DNA from: Macrostomum lignano
Lineage: Eukaryota
Direction: 5' to 3'
Length of the DNA: 64,000 bases
Assembly: GCA_002269645.1 (NCBI GenBank)
Contig: NIVC01001376.1
Span: forward strand, 124,001-188,000
Position 1 is the stretch's first letter. Each line of letters begins with the position of its first letter. A program made the translations under genes and the position numbers. The notes under the pieces were generated by a model. That model was given only the letters and a program-made list of their open reading frames with translations, did no database searches and was not told the origin of the DNA. This document shows, piece after piece, positions 1 through 12,647 of the stretch.

Positions 1-91
1 AAGGCAAGCGAAAGGACGGCGCTAATTTGATTCGCGAGTGGCAAGCTAAACAGGTGAGTTGAATAACAGGAATAACAGAGAGAGAGAGAGA

Positions 92-142
<51 letters not shown>

Positions 143-1875
143 GGGTGCAATAGTGTACACCCTTAACGTACGAGCGTACAGCCTACAGCACGTTGAGTCG
201 GCGACTGGCACCCCCGTAGCTAACTGCCAGTTCAAATGGAGGCTTATGAGTTCTGAGCTTTGGTGTACATGGCCTCTAAAGTGTTCACAGTGCTCAAGAT
301 AGCAGGAATCAGTTAATAAATAAACTTAATAAAGTTACTACAGTGAGTCATAAAATTCATGAAAAGTTATCAAGCGAAAAACACCTGATCCCTAATCCAG
401 GGCAGTCTGAATTGCAGTCGTAGAGCCTACATCGAGACCCGCAACCAGCTGCTGGATCTGGAGCCAGACAAGGTCGACTGCGTGCTGGGCCTTCTGTCCA
501 GCTCGCACATGGAATACCACGCGGAGAATATGATGAAACAAAACCTATCAGAAAGACAGCCAAGCCTGGCAGAGATGACCACTAAAGCTCTGGAGCTGCT
601 GACTGTCTATGGCAAGGACACTGGACTCGTTTTGCTAGTCGAAGCTGGGCGAATCGACCACGGTCACCATGGAAACCAAGCTAACCGAGCGCTGCACGAA
701 ACAGTCGCACTGTCCGATGCTGTCGAAGCCGCTGTGCAATTGTTGAAGCAGAAGAAGCTTCTTGACGAGACGCTAATGATTGTGAGAAAGATCATTTTTG
801 CTCTATTTTGATGGTACACGTGTATTTAATTCTCACGATCCTGCACTTTTGTAGTTACTGAGCGCTGGTAGAGCAGAAGGTTTATGGAAGGGCTGCGCTG
901 CGCGCTTACTTGAATGTAGTACAGAACTAAGATATTTATAGCAAGAAGCAACGGCAGTGGTTTGACAAAAATGGCAGTAGTTGAGTACAACAACTTTCAT
1001 TCCCTACTCAATCTAATTCCAATACAAACCATTTTTAGTATATGGAAGAATGCCAAAGAATGTGTTCTTGGGAAAAAATGTCATTAGAAGATTTTTGGAA
1101 GGAGGACTTTAAATCAGAGATTTTTTACAAGAAAACGACTGGAAATGCTTGTAAGAAACAGCTTGTTTCGAAATTCAAATTTTCTGTCTTTAAAGGTCAC
1201 AGCTGATCACAGCCACGTGTTCACCATGGGTCACTACGGGTTGCGCGGCCAGCCAATCACGCAGCTGAAGTACAAGCGTAACGCCACAACTGGCCGGTTG
1301 CAGCTCTACAAAGCGGGCGACGATCTGCCCCTAACTGTACTTAACTACGCAGATGGTAGGGGGGCGTCAAAGTCCCGGCACGATAGATGGAGTATCAATG
1401 CAACTGCTGAGGACACCACAAAGGCCGATTACCAGTGAGAATCTGAACTAATTATGTGATATATGCGATGAGTGCACTGCATGAGGACGATTTCTCTAGA
1501 AGGCGCTGCGCCATGGTGCCCACACCTTTCTACGAGTATTTATTTTTATGTGGAGCATCTATATCAACAAAAATTACACTTGATTTGCTGCATATATCCT
1601 GCAGATTCCCAGCCATGATGCTGAAAAGTGGAGAATCTCACGGTGGCGAGGATGTTCCTGTATTTGCCAGAGGTCCGGGCTCTCACCTGGTTCAAGGAGT
1701 TCGCGAGCAGACCCACGTTGCTCACGTAATCATGTACTCGGCTCACCTCGGCCCGTACGCCAGTTCGCAGCGAGAATCTTTTCAGCCGACTGTGGCGCCC
1801 AACATCAAAAGCGCAATTTTTGTCAACGCTGCTTACATCTTCAAATTGGTGTCTGGTTTCGTCGGCTTCGTTTAA
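1..1875 (+). CDS. Alkaline phosphatase, 3' part (5'-truncated by window edge); probably GPI-anchored
   Basis: Exons <1-53, 401-781, 1196-1434, 1605-1875 with GT-AG junctions and consistent phases. Motifs [34 protein letters not shown] and [15 protein letters not shown] are the metal-binding segments of animal alkaline phosphatases. The hydrophobic C-terminal tail resembles a GPI signal. Confidence 0.93.
77..139. repeat. (GA)n microsatellite in alkaline phosphatase intron
   Basis: Direct reading of ~30 GA units. Confidence 0.97.
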
Positions 1876-3238
1876 TTTACTCAAGCGATTCATTTTCCTA
1901 ACTAATTTTGATATGTTACGTAACCGACTTTTTATAATTTTGAGCTTTATATTTTGCCGGATTTCAATATAAATCTATTTCACAGATTCAACGACTAATT
2001 GTTTACTTCTATACGATTTGCAACTTCAATTCGTATAAAAACCTAAATAACAAGAATACCAATTACTTTCTTTCATTTATCAGGTATCAGTTTCTTTTCT
2101 GTAAGCATGTAGTTCTTTTCAACTATTAATTACCAACTAATAAACGTTCTACCCCTATTCAGAATTTACAAAGCAAATTTTGGATGCCTTCATATAAGTA
2201 ATTATACATTTTTGCGTTCTATTTGGTGCAAACTGCGTTCAATTAGGTGGGACACACGCAGCGGAAACGAGCCAAGCCGAAAGACTCTCTCACGTCCACC
2301 AAGCTGATTTTGAAATAAGGGCCTTATCCAAGGCACAGAGACTGTACATGCCTGACATCTAGAAAGTCTGTTCCGCTGTACAGCCTGTCTGAACATCTGT
2401 TTGAATGCGTGCTTGCGTATTGGTGCGCTCAAGAGGCAGCAGAATGGGCGAATGATCAGAACTGTGCGATGATGTCGCCAAAGGCGCTGCTAGCTGTAGG
2501 GTGCCTGCAGTCCAGTGAATATTTTATTGTTGTCAGCACTAAAAAGTAATGAAAAAATCCATAAGTATAGATTACACATTGCTGCTGTCCAATACTGTGA
2601 ATAGCTAACATTGCCGACAGTTGATTTTTTATCAGGAACGTGCAAAGTCGAGCGAATCCTTGATACTTCGTACATCAATCCTTAGCTAAAATGCCGTGTT
2701 TTGGACAGGAGAGGCTTCATAATTTTATAAAGTTTTTTGGGAGTTTGTTTAATCAAAAATCTTAACTAGCTCCTTTTGTAACAAGTCTGTTTTTTAACGC
2801 ACAAGTGTTTCAATGTCCTGAGGGGTTCATGGCCATAACTGCAGCTGTCAGCTTTAGCAATGGAAGAGAGCGAGTCTGCTCCTTGTTTATTCAATCTCCC
2901 CAGCAGACGCGGATAGGCTGTCAAGTCAAGTCTTTTACGAGCTCGTATTTTCCTAAACTGAGCCACCTCCGAGACAATTACATCCGGACAATTACATCTT
3001 CGATGGCGCGTCTGTATCGTGAAGTCATAAACGTCATTGTGCTTTTTTAGAGGCAGGGGCTGTATGCACCCTAACACGACACTTTAGGTGAAATTGTCAC
3101 ATAAGCGGCGAGAGGCATTATACTGCCCATAACGCTGGCTCCGGCCTGAGCAGGCACACAAGCGCGCGGATATACGTGAGAAGTCATACGCACTGACACA
3201 CAACGACAGCGGCCCTAACTTTATGTATCGTTAGGCAT

Positions 3239-3703
3239 CAGGGCTTGGCATTGTTAGTAGCCCCAAGTATCCAGTACCGAGCAGTCTAACCCAAGGCTGA
3301 CCGAGTACCGAGCATTTTACATGTAAAAAGCAGACGAGTACGAAGTACTCACGAGATCTTTATATAATTTATATCGCACAAATGCAATACGTTGAGCAAA
3401 CTCAAAAACGTAATTGAGCTGTGCAACTTCTTCTTTAAGCTTCAACTTCACCAGGAAAAATCACTTTTTTGAAAGTTTCTTTCCTAGACCTACCTTTTCT
3501 AGGAAAGAATATCGTGAATATTACTTTTTAAGTTTCAATCCCCTTCACCTCGACATCAAAACTTGACAGTTCAGTTGGGAATGGTTGATAAAATTACTCG
3601 TCTAATACTCGTCAAAACTCGATTGTAAACGATCACCGTTTACAAAAACATTTTTGTACACCCAGTACCAAAGCACCGAGTACCGAGTACTCGCCCAGTC
3701 CTG
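3239..3703. mobile_element. hAT-type non-autonomous element (MITE 1, 465 bp)
   Basis: Exact 8-bp TSD TTAGGCAT at 3231-3238 and 3704-3711; imperfect TIR CAGGGCTTGGC / CAGGACTGGGC (9/11); subterminal CCGAGTAC repeats at both ends; no ORF. Confidence 0.85.
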
Positions 3704-3814
3704 TTAGGCATGTACCGGTACACTTCACTGTAGCTTTGGGTTTGGCCCTCAAGGGCATTAATTGAACAAGCAGACCCAAGCCGAGATTACAATTTAGCCC
3801 CTTAAATTAATGAC

Positions 3815-3872
3815 CACTTGAAATCGAATCTGACGTAAAAACGCCGTGCTTGACCACTGGGCTACGGCCTCC
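3815..3872 (-). mobile_element. tRNA-derived SINE head fragment
   Basis: Minus strand GGAGGCCGTAGCCCAGTGGTCAAGC...GATTCGATTTC: A-box (TAGCCCAGTGG) and degenerate B-box at tRNA-like spacing; no full cloverleaf. Confidence 0.45.
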
Positions 3873-4993
3873 TTATCAAAAAGGTGCTTAAGTTTGTATC
3901 CTTTTTTACTTGTATGGAAATGAGGTTTATGAAAAGCGTTTAAATAATAAGCAAGTATAGCACCACAATCGGTCAGCAGTTGATGCAGGGACAGTTAGAT
4001 AGTCTAGCGTTTGGAAATACCTCTTTTTTCTTCTGTTAAGGTACTTGAACTTATGTCTCGTGACGCTGAACGCGTATTTTTTTATTGTTCTTGTTGTCTC
4101 CTTGTACTCGTAATAGTTTCAACCAAAATGTTTGGTTGAAAAAAGCTGACGAGACAGTAGCCATCTGTCACTCAATCCCACAATCGCTGTTTTGCTATGC
4201 AGTTTTATTGCCACATTGAGGTTGCATGAGTGGCCTCAGTGATTGGCAGCTGTCCCTGATAAATGCTAAGCACAAAAAATTGCAGTTTTTTCAGAACTTT
4301 TCAATTCAAGTTGAAGCCAAAGTCACTTACCGTGTTTTAAGTGCTGTTTAATAGATAGTTTCGTTGCACGATCGATTCCCTACTAGTCGAAAGTTTTTGA
4401 AAACATTTTTACTTCAAGGTACGAAGTTACACAAAATAAAATACTTTATCGATATGAATTTTCTCAGACTATTAATGGTGCTTTAGTAGTTAATGTACAA
4501 AACCTGTATACAAGTAAAATTTAATTTGCTACGTTAAAATTTGGTTAAGCGGTTGTAGTTATGGATCAACTGCAAAACTATAGCAACCTATAAACAGTTA
4601 AAAAAACTCCAAAGCAAAAATTCGAAATTCTTGCGAATCTATCTGTCAATAACTGTCAATATTAATAATAACAAAACTACTAATCTTCTAGCCCAGGCTT
4701 TTGAGTGCGTGGCCTTTACTTGGCGCGGCCAGTCTATTTTTTTGGGTAGTTTGCTTGTTTTGTTGGGCTTAGCCTCAGGGTTTGGGTGCTATTTATGGTG
4801 CGACTCTGGGTTTGCCCACGCCCTGCGTGCTTTTTGTGTTTTGGTGTGCTCCAAGAAAGCAAGCGCGAGACTTGACTTGAGTAAGAAACAGCGACATTAG
4901 CTACCTACGATAACAGAAACCTGAGAGCCCAATTGAGAAGTCAGTCTTTGAAAAAGAGTCTTTGAGAATTGCGAAGAAATTAGAAGCCGCGCT

Positions 4994-5229
4994 TTGAGAC
5001 CTACGAGCCAATCAACAAACGTACGAACCTGCGCTTGAGACCTACAAGCCAATCAACAAACTTGCGAACCTGCGTTTGAGACCTACGAGCCAATCAACAA
5101 ACGTGCGAACCTGCGCTTGAGACCTACGAGCCAATCAACAAACGTGCAAACCTGCGCTTGAGACCTACGAGCCAATCAACAAACGTGCGAACCTGCACCT
5201 GAGACCTACGAGCAATAAACGTACGAACG
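4994..5229. repeat. 41-bp minisatellite (~5.5 copies) containing AGCCAATCA
   Basis: Unit TTGAGACCTACGAGCCAATCAACAAACGTGCGAACCTGCGC; lies ~0.7 kb upstream of the glycine-rich gene ATG. Confidence 0.9.
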
Positions 5230-5889
5230 GCAATTTGGCCACTTGTAAGCCGCCTGCTGCTTGAGTTCATTATTTTCTGGGGAGCTTGTTAGGCTGCAGG
5301 GAGTTCTTGCCAGAGCGTCCTAACGCCGGGAGAGCATATAGCGTATTGTAGCACTGTACCGCCGGCTACTCTATACAGTATGTAAAACCTACAGTATCGA
5401 GACTAGAAGCACTCGAGAGTGTCACCACACCTCGAGCCGCAGCGTGAACTCTGAGTGTCACAACACCAGAGGGATCGAATTATTATCACAGAGCGTCGTC
5501 ACGCCTGCTCGTATCCATAAAAGTACAAGACAGAGCGTCACAACGCCTGTATATTACGTATAATATATATTGTACTCGGGACTGGGCACCAAAACCGACC
5601 CGGGTTACAACAATACAACCAAAAAAAAATTTTAAGGCAACTTGCTATTTTATTGCCCTAAAATCCAGTTTATCTTGTTAGGAATAAAAACAGATCGATG
5701 GCAAATAAGACAACATGAAATATTACCATTGGCATTCAATAACCACCAGCCAATCACATTCATTCTGCGCGGTCCCAACAGGCTAAAAGCGCTGAAATTC
5801 TGTAAACTTTTACTGTTAAAATTACTCTGTGAGAAATTTCCCCAACTCCATTTTCTCTGAATTGAAACTAGTCAAACTACATTCAGAGA

Positions 5890-7869
5890 ATGACTAACTA
5901 TCTTCTCGTTACAATCGTTTTGTGCATTTTGGGTAAGTACCGTGTTTGACTACTTTTTTCTGTCAACCGATAAAACAAAAAATAACGATAAAATTTTACA
6001 GCCTCAGCTCAAGGTCAAACCGGAACGCTATTCCAAAAATTTGTCGAGCCCATCCATCTCGATGCCACAGTCAGCAGCACCGTCATCAGTCTGACCGGCT
6101 CAGACTCAAAGATCGACTGCGCAGCTCGGTGCCAGAGTTTCCGCTGTGCCGCTGCGGTTCACATTCCGCTGAGCAGCGTCTGCCAGGTGCTGATCATTAA
6201 CGACGCTTCTGAGGTGCCTGGACCGCCTGGGAGTCACGTGACTAGAGTGGTCCGAGCGCAGTCTGGGACTGCTGTGTGGAGGGCGGCTGATTTTTACGAC
6301 CTACTGAGGACCAGGGCGAGAGTCAATCTGACCTTTCAAAGTACGTGTTGTCCTTTTTGCATGCAACTAAATTATTTTCGTTAAACAGAAATTTTAATAA
6401 ATAGACCATTCAATGTAGACAATTAGGATTGGCCACCGGTTCCAATACGGTGGGAGCCGCTTAACACGAGGCTGTCGATTTCAATGCACTAATTGGTGCT
6501 GAATTCAGCGAATCTGACACTACATTTAAGCATTCAAAAAAGGCACTTTAAATTTCGATTTCGCAAACCAAAAACCATTCAGACAGCAGCACTGGGAGAC
6601 TGGGAAGCGTGCAGCAACTCCTCATCAACATCACCGGCTGCTACAGGATCGAAGCAGGCGGCGCCAGAGGCGGCTTCCGCACATTTCGAACTGGCGGCTG
6701 GGGCGCCACGGCCGCTGGCAGTTTCGGGTTGACCGCCGGAACTCGCCTGGCCATCGCTGTAGGTCAGGCCGGAGCTCCGTCGCTGACGAACCTGGCCGGA
6801 GCTGGCGGCGGAGGCGGCAGCTTCGTGTACACGAACTCGGACACTGTCTACAGGAATGTCTCCATCAGCAACTGGAATGTCAGTGACTGCATGCGGGACG
6901 GTAGTTCGGATGCGGCGACCTGCTACCTGCTGCTAGCGGCTGGCGGCGGCGGCGGCGCCTCGAGCCACAAGGATGGTAAGTTCGTATTTCGAGAAGAGAT
7001 GCATGTATACTGGCGCCAGTATAGCTGGTAACTACGAACTCGTAATAGCGAAATCGTGTGCTACTCGTACAATCGTTACACGAGGCTCTTGTTTTCAAGA
7101 TGGTTTTTTTAGGGGGGGGACTATTTCACAGAATCAATTTGCTTGCAAACGAGGTTGCATACATCTGTTAATTCAACTGCCATTTTGATTCGTCAGTCTT
7201 TCGTCGTCGCTCTGTCGAAGGTCAAAACAACTGACCTCCAGCGAACTATTTTTACAATTGGTAAATGAATCGTTTCGCTCTTTTTAATGGTTGTAAATAT
7301 TTTTAAACCGACGCAAGATAAACTACGAGTAGTAGAGCTATTGCGTCGCTTGCTTTTAATCTTTGCTATTTATAGGTGTAGCTGGGCAGTCGACAACCTT
7401 CGGTTCCGACTCAGTTGGTACGCAAACGGCAACCGTCGGACCGGGCGGCACTAACGGCCATCCCGGATACTCTGATCCCAGCAAGTCTTTTCGGGACAAT
7501 TCTCACGGAGGCTTCGGCGCAGGATGGCTCGGTCGAGCCGTAAACGCCCGACGATCCGGCATCGACGGAGACCACGGAGCCAGCCTCGCGGACGACTGGA
7601 AAGGCGGCGCCGCCGGCAACGACAACAAAGGAGGCGTCGGAGGCTTCGGCGGTGGCGGAGGAGGCGGCAACGATCCGGGAGGCTCCGGCGCCGGCGGCGG
7701 CTTTAGCGGCGGAGGCGCAGGCATCGGATACGCTCAGGCCGGTGGTGGCGGTGGCTTCGTCTGTTTTGGAGGCGTCAGTTGCCTCGCCGTCACCGCTGGC
7801 AACGCTGGTCGAGAGCAAGGCTTTGTGACCGCGCGGCTTTTGAACGATCGGTCGGCTGGTTGCGAATGA
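5890..7869 (+). CDS. Secreted protein (422 aa): signal peptide + PAN/apple-like domain + ALK/LTK-type TNF-like/glycine-rich domain; no TM or kinase
   Basis: Exons 5890-5932, 6002-6340, 6583-6975, 7376-7869 sum to 1269 nt, all phase-1 GT-AG introns. N-terminus MTNYLLVTIVLCILASA is a signal peptide; IDCAARCQSFRCAAAVHIPLSSVCQVL fits the PAN 4-Cys spacing; TGCYRIEAGGARGG, LAIAVGQAG, GGGGGSFV, LLLAAGGGGG and GGFGGGGGG...GGGFSGG occur in the order seen in the ALK/LTK extracellular glycine-rich domain. Confidence 0.82.
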
Positions 7870-8199
7870 TTCCACGATGTGTCACTAAGCCGAAGTAGCA
7901 ATGGAATTTCAAAAAACAAAAACGCTTGATTGACAAGAAGTGAAACGTAATTTAACTCTCGATGCAGAATATACGAGCGTATGGTCTACTTTAATTTTCT
8001 ATAGCTAGAACATTTTTATTGCAATAGTTATTCGTTAACCAATCAGTCGATTCTTCTGTGCATAAAATTCCTCTAAAAATTTGCATATTGGATTCGAACA
8101 TTTCCTGTTTTTTATAAAAACCTTGCAGACTTGACTGAATCTCCTATTTAATACCATGCAGACTATGCTATTGCTGCCGGAAAATGCATATATATATAC

Positions 8200-8900
8200 T
8201 CCTACTGTTGACTTTTATCTATGACCAAAACCATAACACTGGGCGTAGCCATACTGTCAGCCATATAGACAGTTGTCTATTCCGGCATGTGACAAACTTG
8301 TTAACTGATTATTTGCAACTTCGCAGACCTTGTTTGCCGCTCATTTCTGCGGCATATGCTGCCCTCAAATCCACAGACAGACCGTGTACTGTCTCATTCT
8401 TTTAAGGACATCGACCATAGACAAAAGTGTCGGACAGAGAATCTATTCCTTCGACGCTGATCGTAATCTTGCCTGGCAAAATTTTAGGGGTGTGGGGGTG
8501 AAACATCCAGTTCATACCATAGACAAATAATTTTATCTGATCTGACCCAATTAACTGACAGTCACTATGTCTGGCTAAGAAAATGTCAACTTAATGGAAA
8601 TATACCTTTTTGCGATCTTGTTTGCCAGAACTGCAATCAATTTTGCCAAAACTGCGACCCAGTTTGCCCATAGCAAGCCAAGAAGAATTTTTGTTGAGAA
8701 TCAATTCGAAAGTGTGACGAAATAAACTGTAACAGTGAACAATAAACAGCGAGTTTTTAATGGTAGACGTAGGCACAAATGCTCTCAATCATAGCATTGT
8801 TAAGGGACCTCCGCTTGGCACCTCCGCGAGGCAGAGGCTCTATACGACCGGTTGCGTTGAATTGTCCAACCATGTAATTCACGGTTCTTCGTTCCTGAAA
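8200..8900 (-). mobile_element. Highly decayed Tc1/IS630-like transposase fragment
   Basis: Minus-strand translation near 8750-8890, RTVNYMVGQFNATGRIEPLPRGGAKRRSLNNAMIESI, resembles the Tc1/IS630 N-terminal HTH region; only weak, stop-interrupted similarity continues downstream. Boundaries uncertain. Confidence 0.4.
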
Positions 8901-9385
8901 GCTGTCTCTTGCATCAGCAGTTTAGATTGTTGTTATAAAGAGCCCCTTGCCACAAAATAAACTTGATTGCATGACAGCAGACATTTTTATCTGTCCAGAT
9001 TTTTGCTGAATTTCATACTGGGTTTTTTAACAGAATCTACGTCGTAGGCACGTACGAGCCTAGGTAGCAACAAGTCCGCACTTGAACAATAAACCACTCG
9101 GGTAAAAAACAAGAGACATTCAACCTTGTCTGTCATTACTCTGGTCTGGTGGTCTGGATTTTTACTAGCAGCTGTCAATTATTTTACAACTGAATTGGGC
9201 TGTTAAATTTGCCAAAATCAGTAAAAAAATTCCACAAGATTCAATGTGAACAGTCTAAACTTTTCTGCTTCATTTTTTGTAAGAAATATCTATTCAATTC
9301 TTGACATGCATATACCTCGTAGATTTAGTAGGTCCGTTTAGTGATTATCAGTTTCAATTTTCCTTAATTGTTGACACGAGTACAG

Positions 9386-10440
9386 CCTCAACTGAAGGTC
9401 AAACCGGAAAGCTTTTCCTAGAAGTTGTCGAGAGTCCATCCATCTCGATGTCACAGTAGTCAGCAGCACAATCTGAGCAATCTGCCATTCTGCTGAGCAA
9501 AAAATCCATACAGCTTGAAAGTTCTACATGAAGCAGATGTCTTGTATCTTTACGATTCAATATAGATATAGCCGATCTACATACGTTGGTTTTCTACGAT
9601 CCTACTACTCATACTAAAACAGTATGTAATAATAATTTTTGAAATAAACTTTTATAAATTTCATTAGCAAAATGAAAATACATCTCTTCTGGCAATATGA
9701 ATCTGAAGTTCTCACCCTTTAAATTTCCAGTCTGCAAGTAAAGTTTGCATATACGATAAATTGCATGCATATACGAGCGTAGTATTAGTTTGCAAGCTTG
9801 CAAATGAAAATTCTGGAAATATAATATTGGATAGAGCAAACGGTTAACCTAGATTGTTGGGAGAGATTGGAGGGAGATAATTGAGATTGGGGGAGAGGGT
9901 GGAGGTCAGAGGGAGAGGGTAGATCAGGGGAGAGAGGGTGGAGATAGGAGGAAGAGTAGAGATCAGAAGGGAGAGGGGTGCGGGGTGTGTGGAGATCAGT
10001 AATTAATTCGTTCGGGAAGTTTAAAATCGTAAACCTGCGGTTTCGTAAATTCATTCAATAATGTAATTTTAAAACTTTTTTATAACTTTTTTCTGTAATG
10101 TTTCGCTGCGGCACGCTGCATGGACGATTCAGCACAACATCGGTTAGAGTTTTATAACTAAATTACATTGTACATGTACAAGTTGATTCCAGCAAGTTCT
10201 AAATATATTTAAACAATACTCCAGGAGGCTGCTGTGCAGGCTTGCTCGGCCAAGTAGTAAACTCCTGACGGGCAAAAGTAGTGACAACGATCCGGGAGCT
10301 TCCGGTGGCTGCGGCTTCAGTCGTGAAGGTGCCGCTTTGAGCTTGATGGAGGCGGAATTCCGTCTGCTTAGGAGCAGAGGTTGCTTCACCGTGACTGCTG
10401 GCAACGCCAGTCGAGATCAATTCTTTTGTGACTGTTTGAA
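9386..10440 (+). pseudogene. Decayed tandem copy of the glycine-rich-domain gene
   Basis: 9381-9469 aligns by eye to 5997-6080 including the TACAG|CCTCA acceptor; 10176-10430 aligns to exon 4 (TGATTCCAGCAAG, GGAGGCTGCTGTGCAGG, AACGATCCGGGAG, ACCGTGACTGCTGGCAACGC) with indels; most of the middle is missing. Confidence 0.75.
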
Positions 10441-11646
10441 TCGAGTTGAAAAAAATTCAAGGACTTCTAGAAGTCCTTGAAAAAATTATGCTGCATGTAC
10501 TTGACTTAAATTATACATGTACATGTACTTTTTCAACAACTTGATTGAACTGCTACTCTAAAACAGTTTAACTTGCGATATTATAGAGGCGTGTATCAGT
10601 TATTTGTGTCTATTTGTATGCTATGCAGCACAATTTTTTTCTAACAGCGCTACATAAACACATGTTTGCTAATTTGATGGAGAGCATTCTTTAAAATTAT
10701 TCCCTTAATTTTATTGTCTCGTTCGTTGGGTACGAAAACGAAACATTTTTGTTCAAATTTAAAACAAGCTTTAAAAAGTTGAAAGTCACGCAATTCACTC
10801 AATCAATCATTGTAATTTTATAAAATCTATTCAGATAGACTGGCTCTTAAAGATCAATTAATGCATCGCTGTATAGTATATCGTTGTACAGCCATTTCCC
10901 ATTTCTAACACTAAACTGCAATATTTGCATATGCTGCCTATTCAAATCCCATTCCATATAATATAAGATGGACATATTTGGAAAATAGAAAAAGTCAATA
11001 TTTTTGCTTGTCATTGCCTTATCAGCCATTTTTTTTACCAAATCTTTTTTGTATGAAATGTATACAATCTAAGAATAAAACAATGATAAAATGTTGGATT
11101 AGTATGTTATCAATTGGCAAAAAGTTATTTTTGTAAAAAAATGGACATTTTCTAGGCAAAAGACATCATTAGGTTTATGTATCTTTTAAAAACAAATAGA
11201 AGGCTTTAGAAGGTTAAAACAAACTATATATAAAATTATAGTATTTGCATCATCAGATAAAAACATTAGCAACCATATAATCTATTATATTTTTAATATA
11301 TTAGTAGGCCTACTTCAAAGTTACTGAACTGACAGAAAAAAATTAATCTAGTAATATAAAGTGACCATAATGTTACAACCATAAGACTGCCTTTTCTTTT
11401 GTATTGTTATAGGGGTCATGGGGGAGGAAAGGTTATCCTATTGCTGACACCAAATTGTTGTAGGCCTCTTGGCTCTCTGGGGAATTATACTGCTGCTGTC
11501 TAATTTATTATAAGGGAATTGGGGGTTACTGGCTTTTATTTTATTACTAACACAAGAATTATTTTGGGAATTTCTTAGGATTTGGACTGAAATACACAAT
11601 TTCTACTACTAATAGGAGTAAGCCTTAGGTTCCTCCTAGTGGCGTG

Positions 11647-12242
11647 CCATAGTCAGGAAGGTGGCAGAGTGTGCGCCGGAACAAATTTTGGCCTCTCCCA
11701 AAATTGTGCGCCGTGCGCCGACACAAAAACTCTCGTGTGCGCCGTTGTGCGCCCGCCACTACCTGCCTTGCGACAATAAAAGACCTTTTTTGAGAAATTG
11801 AGATCGTTAAATTGAAAATAGAAATTTAAAAAATTTTAATTTAATTTCTAATTTTTAAAACAAAACAAACATAAAAAGTAAGCAAATGGCAAAAACAAAG
11901 GTAAAAAGGAAAAGGAAAATATTTTATTTTATTTTTTATTTTTTTGTAGAATGCAGTGTTACATTAGATACAACAGTGAATGGTGTACTGTAACAAGTAA
12001 CGACTTACATCGTTACATGGGATCGCCACAAGGGTAACGCTGCATGTAGCGCGGCGCCCGCCGCGCCGCGCCGCCATGCGCCGGTGTCCTCTGGTGTGCG
12101 CCGTTGTGCGCCGCTGTGCGCCAGTGCGCCGCTGTGCGCTGTTGTGGCGCGCCACTGTGCGCCGTTGTGCGCCGTTGTGTGCCCAAAAAGGGCTTGTGTG
12201 CGCCGGAATTTTCCGACCAAACTGCCACCTTCCTGACTATGG
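11647..12242. mobile_element. MITE 2 (596 bp), perfect 21-bp TIR, 8-bp TSD (hAT- or P-type)
   Basis: TIR CCATAGTCAGGAAGGTGGCAG at 11647-11667, its reverse complement at 12222-12242; TSD GTGGCGTG at 11639-11646 and 12243-12250; many internal GTGCGCCG repeats; no ORF. Confidence 0.9.
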
Positions 12243-12404
12243 GTGGCGTGGTGTGTCCAAGTGGCAAGACACTATATCTCTATTCTGAGACTATTCAGTC
12301 TGAGTATTTAGAGGGGGGAGGAGAGTAAAGGCTTTGCAATGGATCAGAGTTTCCTGGGAAACTGGTGCACTAATGGGGAATTTCTAATAACTAATAGGGT
12401 ATGC

Positions 12405-12647
12405 CTGGGTTTATTTTTTGTGCGTAGAGTGTGCGTATGCACCTTAAATTTTAAAACTGCACCCTGAAATGGAAATGTAGGTGCAGTATAGGTGCAGTCT
12501 CATAACCTATTTTTCTATTAAAGTCTCATTCGCACTGCCTTAAAATTAGAAAAAAGAGAAATTACACTTTGAGCCTCAAAATTGCACCATGAAAATAAGC
12601 ATAGGGTGTGATTTTGCACCTTGTTTCTGGCAAAAAAGAAAACCCTG
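12405..12647. mobile_element. hAT-type MITE 3 (243 bp)
   Basis: TSD GGGTATGC at 12397-12404 and 12648-12655; termini CTGGGTTTATTTTTTG and, on the other strand, CAGGGTTTTCTTTTTTG; internal TGCACC/GGTGCA repeats. Confidence 0.75.

Noticed and set aside
5573-5610. GGGACTGGGCACCAAAACCG resembling the MITE 1 terminus
   Set aside because: Single short end with no partner TIR or TSD found.
7411-7919. Minus-strand Pro/Ala-rich ORFs opposite the glycine-rich exon; similar antisense ORFs over Nup35, amylase and RNF14 exons
   Set aside because: Shadow ORFs expected from GC-rich coding sequence; no family motifs.
9830-9990. Purine-rich GGGAGAG stretch inside the glycine-rich pseudogene interval
   Set aside because: Short degenerate low-complexity tract with no definable unit or function.
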